DNA of 64,000 nucleotides from Pseudomonadota bacterium (GTDB lineage Bacteria; Pseudomonadota; Alphaproteobacteria; Rhodobacterales; Rhodobacteraceae): NCBI GenBank assembly GCA_039816045.1, contig JBCBYB010000009.1, positions 55,791 to 119,790 of the forward strand, read 5' to 3'. Shown piece by piece: positions 55,737 to 64,000 of this stretch (position 1 is its first letter; each line of letters starts with the position of its first letter). The notes under the pieces were generated by a model. It saw only the letters and a program-made list of their open reading frames with translations, ran no database searches and was not told where the DNA came from. The position numbers and the translations under genes were made by a program.

Positions 55737-55992
55737 GCATGAAATCGTTCATCTTTTAGCCGATTGAAACACTGGGTAAACGCTCACCGCGTTGCGCTCA
55801 CCGCGAGAAGCCGCCCGTCGCGCGAACGTTAGTATCTGTCCAAGCGGGTTCCAAGCCAACCTCCTCCGCGTTGCAAGAGGGCCAAGGAAGACACCATCCG
55901 TCAGCGCCGCTTGCTCAACCAGAGCCGAGCAGAATAACCCCAGATCGAAGGAGCCAGGCCCTCTCGACCGTCAGGACCTCCAGAGTCCCAAG

Positions 55993-56406
55993 TTATCTGA
56001 CGACGATCAGGGCCTCGTCCTCGGTCTCCCGAAGCTCCATCTCCAGACGATCGCCAAGAATAGCCCGGTTGCGAACGAGAAACTCGATTGCGTCACGACG
56101 GGTGTCGGCATACTGCATGCCGTGCATCATGCCGCCGAGCACGCTCAAAGATGCGGCCCGCGCAGCCCCAACGCCAAGCACGGCCTCGGGCTCCGCCACA
56201 GCGAGCGCGCGCCAGAGACGATGCGCGGCCTCGGCCGGCGGCCGCGCATCGGGATTTCCGAGCGCGGCGCCCTCGACACCTGTCACCGCCTCGATCTCGG
56301 CCATCGAAAACCCGCGTGACCGGGCGAAAGCGACCGTGGTTGTGATGACGCTGATGTGGTGGGAACCCGCTTCGAGATTGTCGCGAAAGGTCCCCTTTTT
56401 GATCAT
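55993..56406 (-). pseudogene. Truncated AraC regulator (N-terminal sensing domain only)
   Basis: LGNPDARPPAEAAHRLW, LGGMMHGMQYADT; stops before any HTH. Confidence 0.75.
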
Positions 56407-56454
56407 CTCGGTCCTCTGCCTCCTGCTAGGTTGCCGTTATTATTTTCAAAACAG

Positions 56455-56880
56455 ATGAAAGTCTCCAAGTCCATGCCTCATAGCTGGAGAACACTAAGGT
56501 CATTTGCGTCAGTCAAGCCCCACCTATTATCAGTTTCATGCGTTTTTATTGCAGGCTGCTTTCCTGACGTCGGGCATGAAGAACAGGACCTGCCGATCCG
56601 CGGTCTGATCACGGAGCCTGTCGCGGATATCGAGCGAAGCACCGTGCGCCGCTATCCCGGCGTGCTCGAGCCGGGCGAGGTCAACGTATTGTCGTTCGAA
56701 GTCGGTGGCCGCCTCGGCCGGCTCGGCCTCGATGCTGGTCAGCGCGTCGCCGAGGGAGACCTTCTGACGGCATTGGACGTTGCCCAGTTCGAAACCGAAA
56801 TCCAAAACCGTCGCGCGGCAATCGAAGAGGCCGAGACGACGCTTCTCCAGGCTGAGGAAGACCTTGTGCGCTCACTTCCG
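56455..56880 (+). pseudogene. RND efflux membrane-fusion protein, N-terminal fragment
   Basis: RRYPGVLEP, LSFEVGGRL, GQRVAEGDLLTALD and start of the coiled coil, then abrupt loss of similarity. Confidence 0.85.
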
Positions 56881-57000
56881 CTTGCTGTCGGTGCCGCGCA
56901 CGTTCGATCGGGAAGCCGCTGAACCTTTCGACCGCGCCCACATGTCGGCACTATACGATGTGGGTTTGGAGGTCGGGCTCGCTGGCGACGGTGGAGCGTC
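56870..57000 (+). pseudogene. Patatin-like phospholipase C-terminal relic fused to the MFP fragment
   Basis: Alternative frame reads FRLLSVPRTFDREAAEPFDRAHMSALYDVGLEVG, resembling the end of patatin lipoproteins (EPFD..YM.ALF..G). Confidence 0.55.
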
Positions 57001-57077
57001 GGCCCACCGAATTCTCAGCCGGCGGTTGCCCAATGACCGCCGCGGCGGTCGCCACGCCATCTGCAAAGGAAGCTGTC

Positions 57078-57929
57078 ATGACCCAGACCCGAACCGCGGC
57101 GATTACTGGCTCCACAGGCGGGATCGGCGCGGCCGTGGCCGACATTCTCGCGGCTTCTGGCTGGCGCCTTGTGCTGATCAACCGTTCGGCCGAGAAGGCG
57201 GTCGAACAGAAGGCGCGCCTGCTCAAGGCGCATCCGGTCGCCGAGATCAGCACGATTGAGGTGGATCTGATGGATGTTGCCGCGATCAGGAGCGCCATGG
57301 CGCAGGTGCGCATGCGCCATCCCCGTATCGACACCCTTTACAACATCGCCGGCGTCTTGACGTCTGAGCGCAAGGTGACCGCCCAAGGGCACGAGTCCCA
57401 TTACGCTGTCAACGTCCTCGCGAACTATCTGATGATCGAGGAGTTGCGGCCGTCCCTGTCGCGGCCGTCGCGTGATGAGCCGTCGATGGTGGTGACGATG
57501 TCGTCGTCGGCCATCAAGTCGCCAAAGAACCTTGATGTCGACTCACTTTCCAATCCCACGTCGGTTGGAGGCCTGTTGGGCGCTTATGCGACCTCGAAAC
57601 TCGCTTTGACGGCGATGGGGGCGGCGCTGGCGCCGCAGTTGCAAGCGGAGAATATCCTGATCCGCTCGATCGACCCGGGCCCCACGATGACGCCGATGAT
57701 CCGGCGGGGCGATGGCATGCCGGCTCTGTTGCGCTGGATCGCGCCCCTGGTGTTCAGCGATGCGGCCAAGCATGCACGGAAGATCGTTGCCGCGGCCGAC
57801 CCAGGCGCCCTCGACGGCCAGACGGGCGTACTCGTCAGCGGGGGGCGGCGAAAGGCGCTGCCAAGGCTCGCAGACGATGTGGCGAAACGCGACGCGCTTG
57901 TGGCCAAGCTTGTCCGCGACGCCGCGTGA
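57078..57929 (+). CDS. SDR-family oxidoreductase
   Basis: ITGSTGGIG, VDL, YNIAG and YATSK motifs; AAGGA RBS. Confidence 0.93.
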   Translation: MTQTRTAAITGSTGGIGAAVADILAASGWRLVLINRSAEKAVEQKARLLKAHPVAEISTIEVDLMDVAAIRSAMAQVRMRHPRIDTLYNIAGVLTSERKVTAQGHESHYAVNVLANYLMIEELRPSLSRPSRDEPSMVVTMSSSAIKSPKNLDVDSLSNPTSVGGLLGAYATSKLALTAMGAALAPQLQAENILIRSIDPGPTMTPMIRRGDGMPALLRWIAPLVFSDAAKHARKIVAAADPGALDGQTGVLVSGGRRKALPRLADDVAKRDALVAKLVRDAA

Positions 57930-58150
57930 CCGGCGGCCGTTGACATGGCATCTGGCGAAGATGGTCGGTTGGGCGACCCACCAGTCAGAGGGGCGGCACG
58001 TGCGGGCAGCGAGAAGCTTGCGCGTTCTGCATCGACTTTCTGTCCCTTTCACGGTGCCGAAAACGCCGAGCCGTCGGTATTGGTGTTTCGTCGGCGCTGG
58101 GAGCTCGACAGGATCATCCTCAGGAACGCAGAAGCGAGAGAGTATTGAGC

Positions 58151-58681
58151 ATGCGAGGTCGTATTTTCCGGAACTGGGCCTACGCGACCCCGCCAGTCGC
58201 GCTCCTGATACTGGGCCTTTATCCATTCGTCGCGGACAAGATCATCCTATCGCTCTTCCTGTCATTGCCAATCTACATGCTTCATCAGTTTGAAGAGCAC
58301 GACAATAACCGATTTTCAGAGTTTCTTAATGGCATGATCGGTGAGGGCGCCAAGGGTCTGTCTGCTGCCGATATCTGGATCATTAATGTAATATTCGTCT
58401 GGTTTCTTTTACTTTCCGTTTTCTATCTTGCTACGATTTCACCGGGCTGGGGCGTGCTTGCCGGGTATCTTCTGGCGATAAACGGAGCACTGCATGTGGT
58501 TTGGGCGCTCGTTTTTCGGAATTACAACCCAGGACTTGGGACGTCTATATTTCTTTTTTTTCCATTGGCTATTTGGATTTTTACAGACGTCTCAGCTTCA
58601 TTTCTGATTCACATCTCTTCGATTATCTTGGTGGTTTTTTTGCATGTTGTGATCATGGTCGTGGCTCAACGCCAGACTTGA
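58151..58681 (+). CDS. HXXEE-domain membrane protein
   Basis: YMLHQFEEH motif, NGALHV and YNPGL; multiple TMs; AT-richer codon usage. Confidence 0.88.
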   Translation: MRGRIFRNWAYATPPVALLILGLYPFVADKIILSLFLSLPIYMLHQFEEHDNNRFSEFLNGMIGEGAKGLSAADIWIINVIFVWFLLLSVFYLATISPGWGVLAGYLLAINGALHVVWALVFRNYNPGLGTSIFLFFPLAIWIFTDVSASFLIHISSIILVVFLHVVIMVVAQRQT

Positions 58682-58821
58682 CGGGGCGACTTCGACCGCG
58701 AGGCCACGCCACGCCATTGTGCTGAGAGATGCGCCCCTGAGTCTAGCCAAGCATGTCGGGGTTAGCGGTAGTGGCTCTGTGTCGCGCATCGTCAACAGAC
58801 GTCTCACCGGAGCCTCTGGTC

Positions 58822-59794
58822 GGTTTTGGTGCACAGATCGGCGTGGAACCGGTTGCTGTGGTGCGGAAGGGCCCGGGCATACCGTTCAAGCACCATGAAC
58901 CCCGCCGCCAAAAGATCCCGGCTGCCCGCTATCGGGTGACCAACTGGCCTGAGTATGACCGCGGGCTGGACCGCACCGCGGCGACGAACCCGGGGCGGGC
59001 AGCCGGGGTACTCGGATCTTGCGATCGAAACGGTGCTGATGCTGGCGACGGTCTTTCGCCTTCCGCTGCGCCAAGCCGAGGGGTTCACGCGCTAGGTGAT
59101 GGAGTTGATGGACTTCGATCTCGCCGTGCCGGATCACACCACGTTGGCCCGCAGGCGGCGGACGGTGTCGGTGAACATGAACGCGCCCAGGCGGACGGGC
59201 CCCGTGGACCTCGTTCTCGATAGCACCGGGCTGAAGTTCTGCGGCCCCGACGAGTGGGACCGGCTCAAGCACGGCGAAAAGCGTCGCGCGTGGCGGAAGT
59301 TACCTATCGCCGTTGATGCGAGCACGGGCGAGACCTTGGCCCATGTGCTTACCGACAGAGACACCTCAGACGCGGCCATGGCCTACCCGCTGGTTGCCAG
59401 CGCCGGCGGCCGGATCCGCACGGTCATCGCCCCTCTCAGCGTTTGCAAGGCAAACGCCTGCCGGGCAGTGGACGGCGCCTATGACGGCGCCCCGGTCTAC
59501 GACGCGATCCGGCGGGCCAGGCCGCCGCGCTCGCGGCCCGCGGGCGGATGGCCTGGCAGAAGAACCACGGATGAGGGCTGCGTTCCCATGCCGAGACCGC
59601 TGTCTTCCGGCTCAAGCACACCGGCGGGGACCGGCTCGCAGCAAGAACATTCGGTGCACAGTGCCGGGAAGGGGCGCTCAGGATCGCGGCCGAAATCAAG
59701 GCCATAAGCCTCGCCAAACCAATGACCATTCGCATCGACTGATCCAAGGGGAAAGGGGGTCATTCTCCCTTAAGCAGGTCCATGCACCACGGCC
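58822..59794 (+). mobile_element. Degenerate IS5-family (IS903 group) element
   Basis: Frameshifted transposase pieces (PFKHHEPRRQKIP..YRVTNWPEYD; VPDHTTLARR; LVLDSTGLK; WRKL; DGAYD); imperfect ends GGTTTTGGTGCACAGATC and reverse GGCCGTGGTGCATGGACC; no target duplication seen. Confidence 0.85.
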
Positions 59795-59899
59795 GCGCCC
59801 AGCCTATCGTTTGGCCTCGCCTAATGCTAAGGATGCCTCCTCTATGGCTTTTACTTGTGGGTCGTGCATCGTTCCGAGCGCCTCGGCCTGGCTATGCCG

Positions 59900-62362
59900 C
59901 TAGGCTGTTTCGAGATCGTACAGGAGATATCCGTCAGCTTCACCGGCAATGAAGCCGACGCGTTCGTGTTTGTGGTTCTGTTCCCAGTCGACGGATTGGT
60001 CTTCGTGCACCCGCACCAATGCCTGGCCATTTTTGGCTGTGAAGCGCACCGTCGCCGCCTCCGTGTCGCGCATGGTCTGCATATCCGCGAGGAACACGTC
60101 CCCCCACGTGAAATCCTCGACACCAGTTTGTTCCCACCGGAAGCCCGCGCCCTTCTTACCGGCATCAAAGGCAACGCTGTCGGTCGCCTCGACCGCAATC
60201 CAGTCGACCAGGGCGTTGAGATCGTTGTCGAGCCGCGCGTCCTCCTCCTGGAGCATCACCTTGAAACCCTCCGCGGTCACATCGTCATTGCGCGCGGTGA
60301 CCGTCACGTCGGCGCCGGCTTTGGCTTGGCTGAGAACCACGGGAGAGGTCTCGAATGCCGTCTCGAACCCTACTGAGGCCGGACCCCACGTTCCTGCCAC
60401 TGTCGAACCCGCCTGGATTACCGTGCCGTCCTCAAGTGCATGGGCGCCGGCGGTGGCAGCCATCCAGCTGATAGCCTCGACATCGGCGCGGATGCCATCC
60501 TGATAGGCCCATTCGTCGAGCTGAAACTCAAAACCGTCTTCAGTGACATTGCGCACAGCGGGCACAATCGGATCTCCGTGGCTCCACGAGGCGGGGCCCA
60601 TAACGACAACCGCATTGGGGATCGCCTCTGCGAACTTGACCGAAAACCAGCCATCCGGATCATCCTGCAGCACGGTCTCGGTGCCCATCTCCAGGCGCGG
60701 CGCGGGCTCGGGCGTCGGCACCGGTTCGGGCGTGGGTTCGGGTTCCGGCTCCGGTTCGGGCTCGGGAGGGGTCGGCAGATCGTCCGAGATCTTGGTCGAG
60801 GTGGCGCTTGGATCGAAATTCAGCGCGTGCTGTTTGCCGCCGAGATCGGCTTCGGAGCGATGGATAACCTGGATCTGGTCGAGGGCCACCTTTTGCGAAC
60901 GCCCGGCGACATAGATCGTCCACTCGCCCACATAGCCGGATGGGATGTCGAGTGCGAGAAAGGATCCATGTTGCCCCTCCTCCTGGATGGCCCAGGACCA
61001 AGTCAGTGGATCGAGCCCCCCGCCGTCGAAGCCGGTCTCCTCCCCGCGTCCGTTCGCAAAGACTTTGCTCCACGCTAGCTGACCCCCGGTGGAGACGTCT
61101 GAAATGGCCGTTTTGTTGTTCAGGATTGGCCCGCCTGCGGCCGAGGCGAAATAGATGTCGTTGCCTTGGTCGCCGTGGTCGACGCCCTGGCCCTCTGGTT
61201 TGATCATGCGGATGCCGACATAGTATCGCCCACTCGGGTCGCCCTCTTCGATGGTGAAGGTGTAGGCCATGGGCGTGGTCTGGTGGATCCACTCTTTCTG
61301 TAGATAGCTTTGGTTCTTAGCCGGCAGGATCCGGTCCTTGGTGTCGTTGCGCCAAAGGACGCCGTCGCCAGAGATGTCCTCGATCTCAACGCCGCCGAAC
61401 TCTGTCGTGACCGCCCAAAGGTCCGCGAACTTCTCCCAACTGGCGCGGCCGTCATTGAGCACGCGGATCCCGTCCTCCGCCTCGATAACAGCCCGCTTGT
61501 CCACCACGGCGTGCACATCATAGGTCAGGAGCGGCTCTGGCACGGGATCTGGCTCTGGCGCCAGGCTTTGCCCGGCCTCGATGAACGACTGTGCCTCGCG
61601 AGGATCGAGCCTGGCCGTCGGATCGGTCTCCGTCAGCGCCCAGAGCAGCATTGCAGCATCCGAGGCGTCGTAAGAGATGTCGGAATAATAGGGGTTCATG
61701 CCCTCAGGCGTTGCCGGCGGACCCTCTGGCCCGTTCGCCAGATCCATGATCGCGTTCGCTTGCTGGATCACCAGATCATCGGATGCGTCCAACCACTCCC
61801 ACCACTTGCTCTTAAAGCCGCTGCCGGGAACGTTGGTCGTCGGCGTGGTGAACCCGTTGCGATCGGCAATGTCGATGAACGTCACGTCTGGGAATTCGGC
61901 CTTGAGCGTGGACCAAGGCACACCTTGCGCCTCATTCCATACCGAATGGGACACAAGCGTTATGTTCGAGAGGTTCGCAGGGTTCACCCGCTGCAGAGCG
62001 TCATAGGTGGCGGTCATCGGGCCGCCTTCCAGGATCAAAACCTGCTCGCCGCTGTCGAGCATCTCGACCAGGTCGTCTTCCGTTCGGGACGCATCGTCTT
62101 CATAGCTGCGTGTGTCGATCCCGAGCCCGTTGGCGAAATCGGCGGCTCGCTCCATCGCCTCAGCCTGCCAGGGCACCGACGCCTCGAAGCGGTTGTTGCT
62201 GTAGAAGAAACTAGTGCTGTCCTCGATCCCCGCAGCCTTGGCAAGCAGGGCCGCGATGGGTAGCGCCGCAATGTCATCGGGGTCGTTGTTGTTCCCGTCG
62301 AAATGAAACACCACGCGGTCGAACGTCCCTGAACCGATGAGACTGGATGGGTTGATGTCCAT
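59900..62362 (-). CDS. Large putative extracellular protein: nucleoside-hydrolase-like N-domain, PE linker, H-type-lectin-like repeats
   Basis: DGNNNDPDDIAAL, LEGGP and LVSHS.WNE; PEPEPEPEPEPTPEP linker; C-terminal repeats (VRNVTEDGFEFQLDEW, VTAEGFKVMLQEE); ATG 62362; no N-terminal signal peptide. Confidence 0.82.
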   Translation of the reverse strand: MDINPSSLIGSGTFDRVVFHFDGNNNDPDDIAALPIAALLAKAAGIEDSTSFFYSNNRFEASVPWQAEAMERAADFANGLGIDTRSYEDDASRTEDDLVEMLDSGEQVLILEGGPMTATYDALQRVNPANLSNITLVSHSVWNEAQGVPWSTLKAEFPDVTFIDIADRNGFTTPTTNVPGSGFKSKWWEWLDASDDLVIQQANAIMDLANGPEGPPATPEGMNPYYSDISYDASDAAMLLWALTETDPTARLDPREAQSFIEAGQSLAPEPDPVPEPLLTYDVHAVVDKRAVIEAEDGIRVLNDGRASWEKFADLWAVTTEFGGVEIEDISGDGVLWRNDTKDRILPAKNQSYLQKEWIHQTTPMAYTFTIEEGDPSGRYYVGIRMIKPEGQGVDHGDQGNDIYFASAAGGPILNNKTAISDVSTGGQLAWSKVFANGRGEETGFDGGGLDPLTWSWAIQEEGQHGSFLALDIPSGYVGEWTIYVAGRSQKVALDQIQVIHRSEADLGGKQHALNFDPSATSTKISDDLPTPPEPEPEPEPEPTPEPVPTPEPAPRLEMGTETVLQDDPDGWFSVKFAEAIPNAVVVMGPASWSHGDPIVPAVRNVTEDGFEFQLDEWAYQDGIRADVEAISWMAATAGAHALEDGTVIQAGSTVAGTWGPASVGFETAFETSPVVLSQAKAGADVTVTARNDDVTAEGFKVMLQEEDARLDNDLNALVDWIAVEATDSVAFDAGKKGAGFRWEQTGVEDFTWGDVFLADMQTMRDTEAATVRFTAKNGQALVRVHEDQSVDWEQNHKHERVGFIAGEADGYLLYDLETA
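60700..60775 (-). repeat. Pro-Glu/Thr low-complexity linker
   Basis: Encodes PTPPEPEPEPEPEPTPEPVPTPEPAP. Confidence 0.9.
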
Positions 62363-62623
62363 GACGTACCCTCTGCATTCTTGGCCGGAGATCTCTGCGC
62401 GTCTCTCCCAGCGACACGGGAGACTCATCCAGAACGGGTTCGGCCAACACACCCCTTGCCCAGCGGTTGTACCAGTTGTGCGGCGGCTCAAGCCAATGCG
62501 CTCGGTGCCAATCTCAGTGAGATCCGGGCAAATTGCGCCAATCTGCTTCGCTTGCTTGCTTGATCTGTCGTTTTGGTGGAAGTGGTAGATGTGCTTTGCA
62601 TCCGATCGGAGCGGTGAGGCGTC

Positions 62624-63670
62624 GTGAAGTTTCGGGACATTCCAGCACCGCAGGGGTCGTCTGCCGTGGTGATCCCGACCGTGGCCTTCGCGCTGAAGCA
62701 AGGCATCGATGCCAGGAAGATCGAAGCGCGCATCGGCCTGCCGCTGGCGGAGCTTAACACCTGGGAGGAGCGGGTCGGCGATGAGGTTCTCCCGCGGCTT
62801 TGGGCCCTGATCACCGAAGAGACCGCGCGTTCGGCGCCGCCGCCCACGCTCGAGATGGCCCGCATCGCGCCGATTTCTTTCTTCGGGCACATTTCCAGTT
62901 TTTCCCGCGTCGCGCCTGATCTGGCCTCGACATTGCAGGCGCTCGCGCAGAACTGCGATCTGATCAGCGACCGGGCCATGTCCGAGTTCGAGATCTCTGG
63001 CTCTTATGCGATCTTGCGGGCTTGGCATCCCCTCGAGGTTCTGGATGGCGGGCGCTCGCACGAGCTCTGCTCGGCGATGATCAGCCGGCTGATCACCCAT
63101 GTGTTCGGCGATGATGTGCGCGCGACCGAAGTGCGGTTCGGCTTCGAGAGCGATAGCGCGCGTGAGCCCTTTGAGCAGTTTTTCGGATCGACCGTCCGGT
63201 TCGACCCTTCTGTTGGCGGCGGCGTCACCATGGTGTTCGAGAGATCCCTCCTGCAGCGGCGCAACCCGAAGGCCAATGAGGTCGCGGCGCGCTTCATGGA
63301 GGGCTTCATCACCGAACTACGCTCGCAGCAGGTCCGTGACGGCTACCCGCGGGAGCTTTGGCGACTGCGCGGTGCGATTTCCGCCGCGATTCAGGACGGG
63401 CGGTCTCTGCGTGCGCCCGATATTGCCAAACGTGCCGGCATGAGCCTGCGGTCCACGCAGAGACTGGCCGAACAGTTCGGCGTTACGCTGCGCCAGTTGG
63501 TGGACGAAGCAAGGCTGGACCGCGCGAAAGCACTTCTGACCGTGAACCCCGCGGCGACGGTTGACGATGTTGGACGGCAACTCGGCTTTCGCGAACCGAG
63601 TGGGTTTCGTCGGGCGTTCAAGAAATGGTCGGGAGAGAGCGTCGGTCAGTTCCGCAATCGCCTGCGCTAG
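62624..63670 (+). CDS. AraC-family regulator (OruR/ArgR-type N-domain)
   Basis: IAKRAGMSLRSTQR and VGRQLGFREPSGFRRAFKKWSGES motifs. Confidence 0.92.
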   Translation: MKFRDIPAPQGSSAVVIPTVAFALKQGIDARKIEARIGLPLAELNTWEERVGDEVLPRLWALITEETARSAPPPTLEMARIAPISFFGHISSFSRVAPDLASTLQALAQNCDLISDRAMSEFEISGSYAILRAWHPLEVLDGGRSHELCSAMISRLITHVFGDDVRATEVRFGFESDSAREPFEQFFGSTVRFDPSVGGGVTMVFERSLLQRRNPKANEVAARFMEGFITELRSQQVRDGYPRELWRLRGAISAAIQDGRSLRAPDIAKRAGMSLRSTQRLAEQFGVTLRQLVDEARLDRAKALLTVNPAATVDDVGRQLGFREPSGFRRAFKKWSGESVGQFRNRLR

Positions 63671-63727
63671 AAACCTTTTCATCTGTCAAGCCCACCTCCG
63701 ATCAATCGCCGTTAACGTGACACCACC

Positions 63728-63855
63728 TCACCTTCCATAGCCGGCCCTTAGTGCCTTCGTCGCCGCTGCGTCCACGTCGAGGCTGTCGTCTTCGAGCGAC
63801 CCTGTCAGGACCACGGCGTAGACGTCCCGGGCCCGCTCGAGCGTCTCATAACTCT
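63728..63855 (-). pseudogene. Hydantoinase B/acetone-carboxylase-like C-terminal fragment cut by IS3
   Basis: YETLERARDVYAVVLTGSLEDDSLDVDAAATKALRAGYGR* (AR.VYGVV...VD..AT..LR motif). Confidence 0.65.
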
Positions 63856-64000
63856 TGAACTTGTTCCCTGATCCCGGACCAGGGTGCAATTCATCTATGC
63901 GGCCGGAACCATGACCATGTCTATCCTTGCCTGGGCTGACGTTCGGTAGCCGATGCTCGAGTGGCGGCGCTGCCGGTTGTAGAAGATCTCGATATACTCG
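63856..64000 (-). mobile_element. IS3-family element, right end; continues beyond the window
   Basis: EYIEIFYNRQRRHSSIGY transposase C-terminus (stop at 63895) and terminal IR TGAACTTGTTCCCTGATCCCGGACCA. Confidence 0.9.

Noticed and set aside
1-64000. rRNA, tRNA, relaxase (TraI) and coupling protein (TraD)
   Set aside because: No supporting sequence or motifs found by eye; relaxase and T4CP probably lie outside the window.

Overview
GC-rich window of a conjugative plasmid, most likely from a Rhodobacterales alphaproteobacterium (inferred from Iron-Rhodo-box-like operators, an RPA-type Rep with parAB, and a CtrA box). From left to right: (i) 1-9.2 kb siderophore-uptake island with two TonB-dependent receptors, two AraC regulators, an RhtX/FptX-type MFS permease, a siderophore-interacting protein and a Cys-rich hypothetical; (ii) 9.8-12.9 kb HTH protein, vapBC and a serine resolvase; (iii) 13-17.3 kb replicon with repA, iterons, a DnaA box, parAB and three perfect palindromes (parS candidates); (iv) 17.3-21.7 kb leading-region-type genes (toprim, ParB-like, ardC), each preceded by a shared upstream element; (v) an ArsR/NIPSNAP/ABM/EamA cassette and a second vapBC; (vi) 25.6-47.1 kb complete SXT/IncC-like F-type mating-pair operon (traL E K B V A dsbC C trhF W U N F H G) with inserted accessory genes, including a Tat-exported M15 peptidase, and a promoter whose -35 is overlapped by a perfect CtrA box; (vii) a catalytically dead resolvase-like gene and an orphan FlhC-like gene; (viii) two convergent RES/Xre toxin-antitoxin pairs; (ix) a lipoprotein plus PLA2-like/Hint-domain gene pair, the best candidate for an undescribed toxin-immunity system; (x) 54-64 kb with many pseudogenes and IS relics, an SDR, an HXXEE protein, a large lectin-repeat protein and an AraC. 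No relaxase, coupling protein, rRNA, tRNA or CRISPR array was seen. All family assignments are motif recognition by eye, without database searches.
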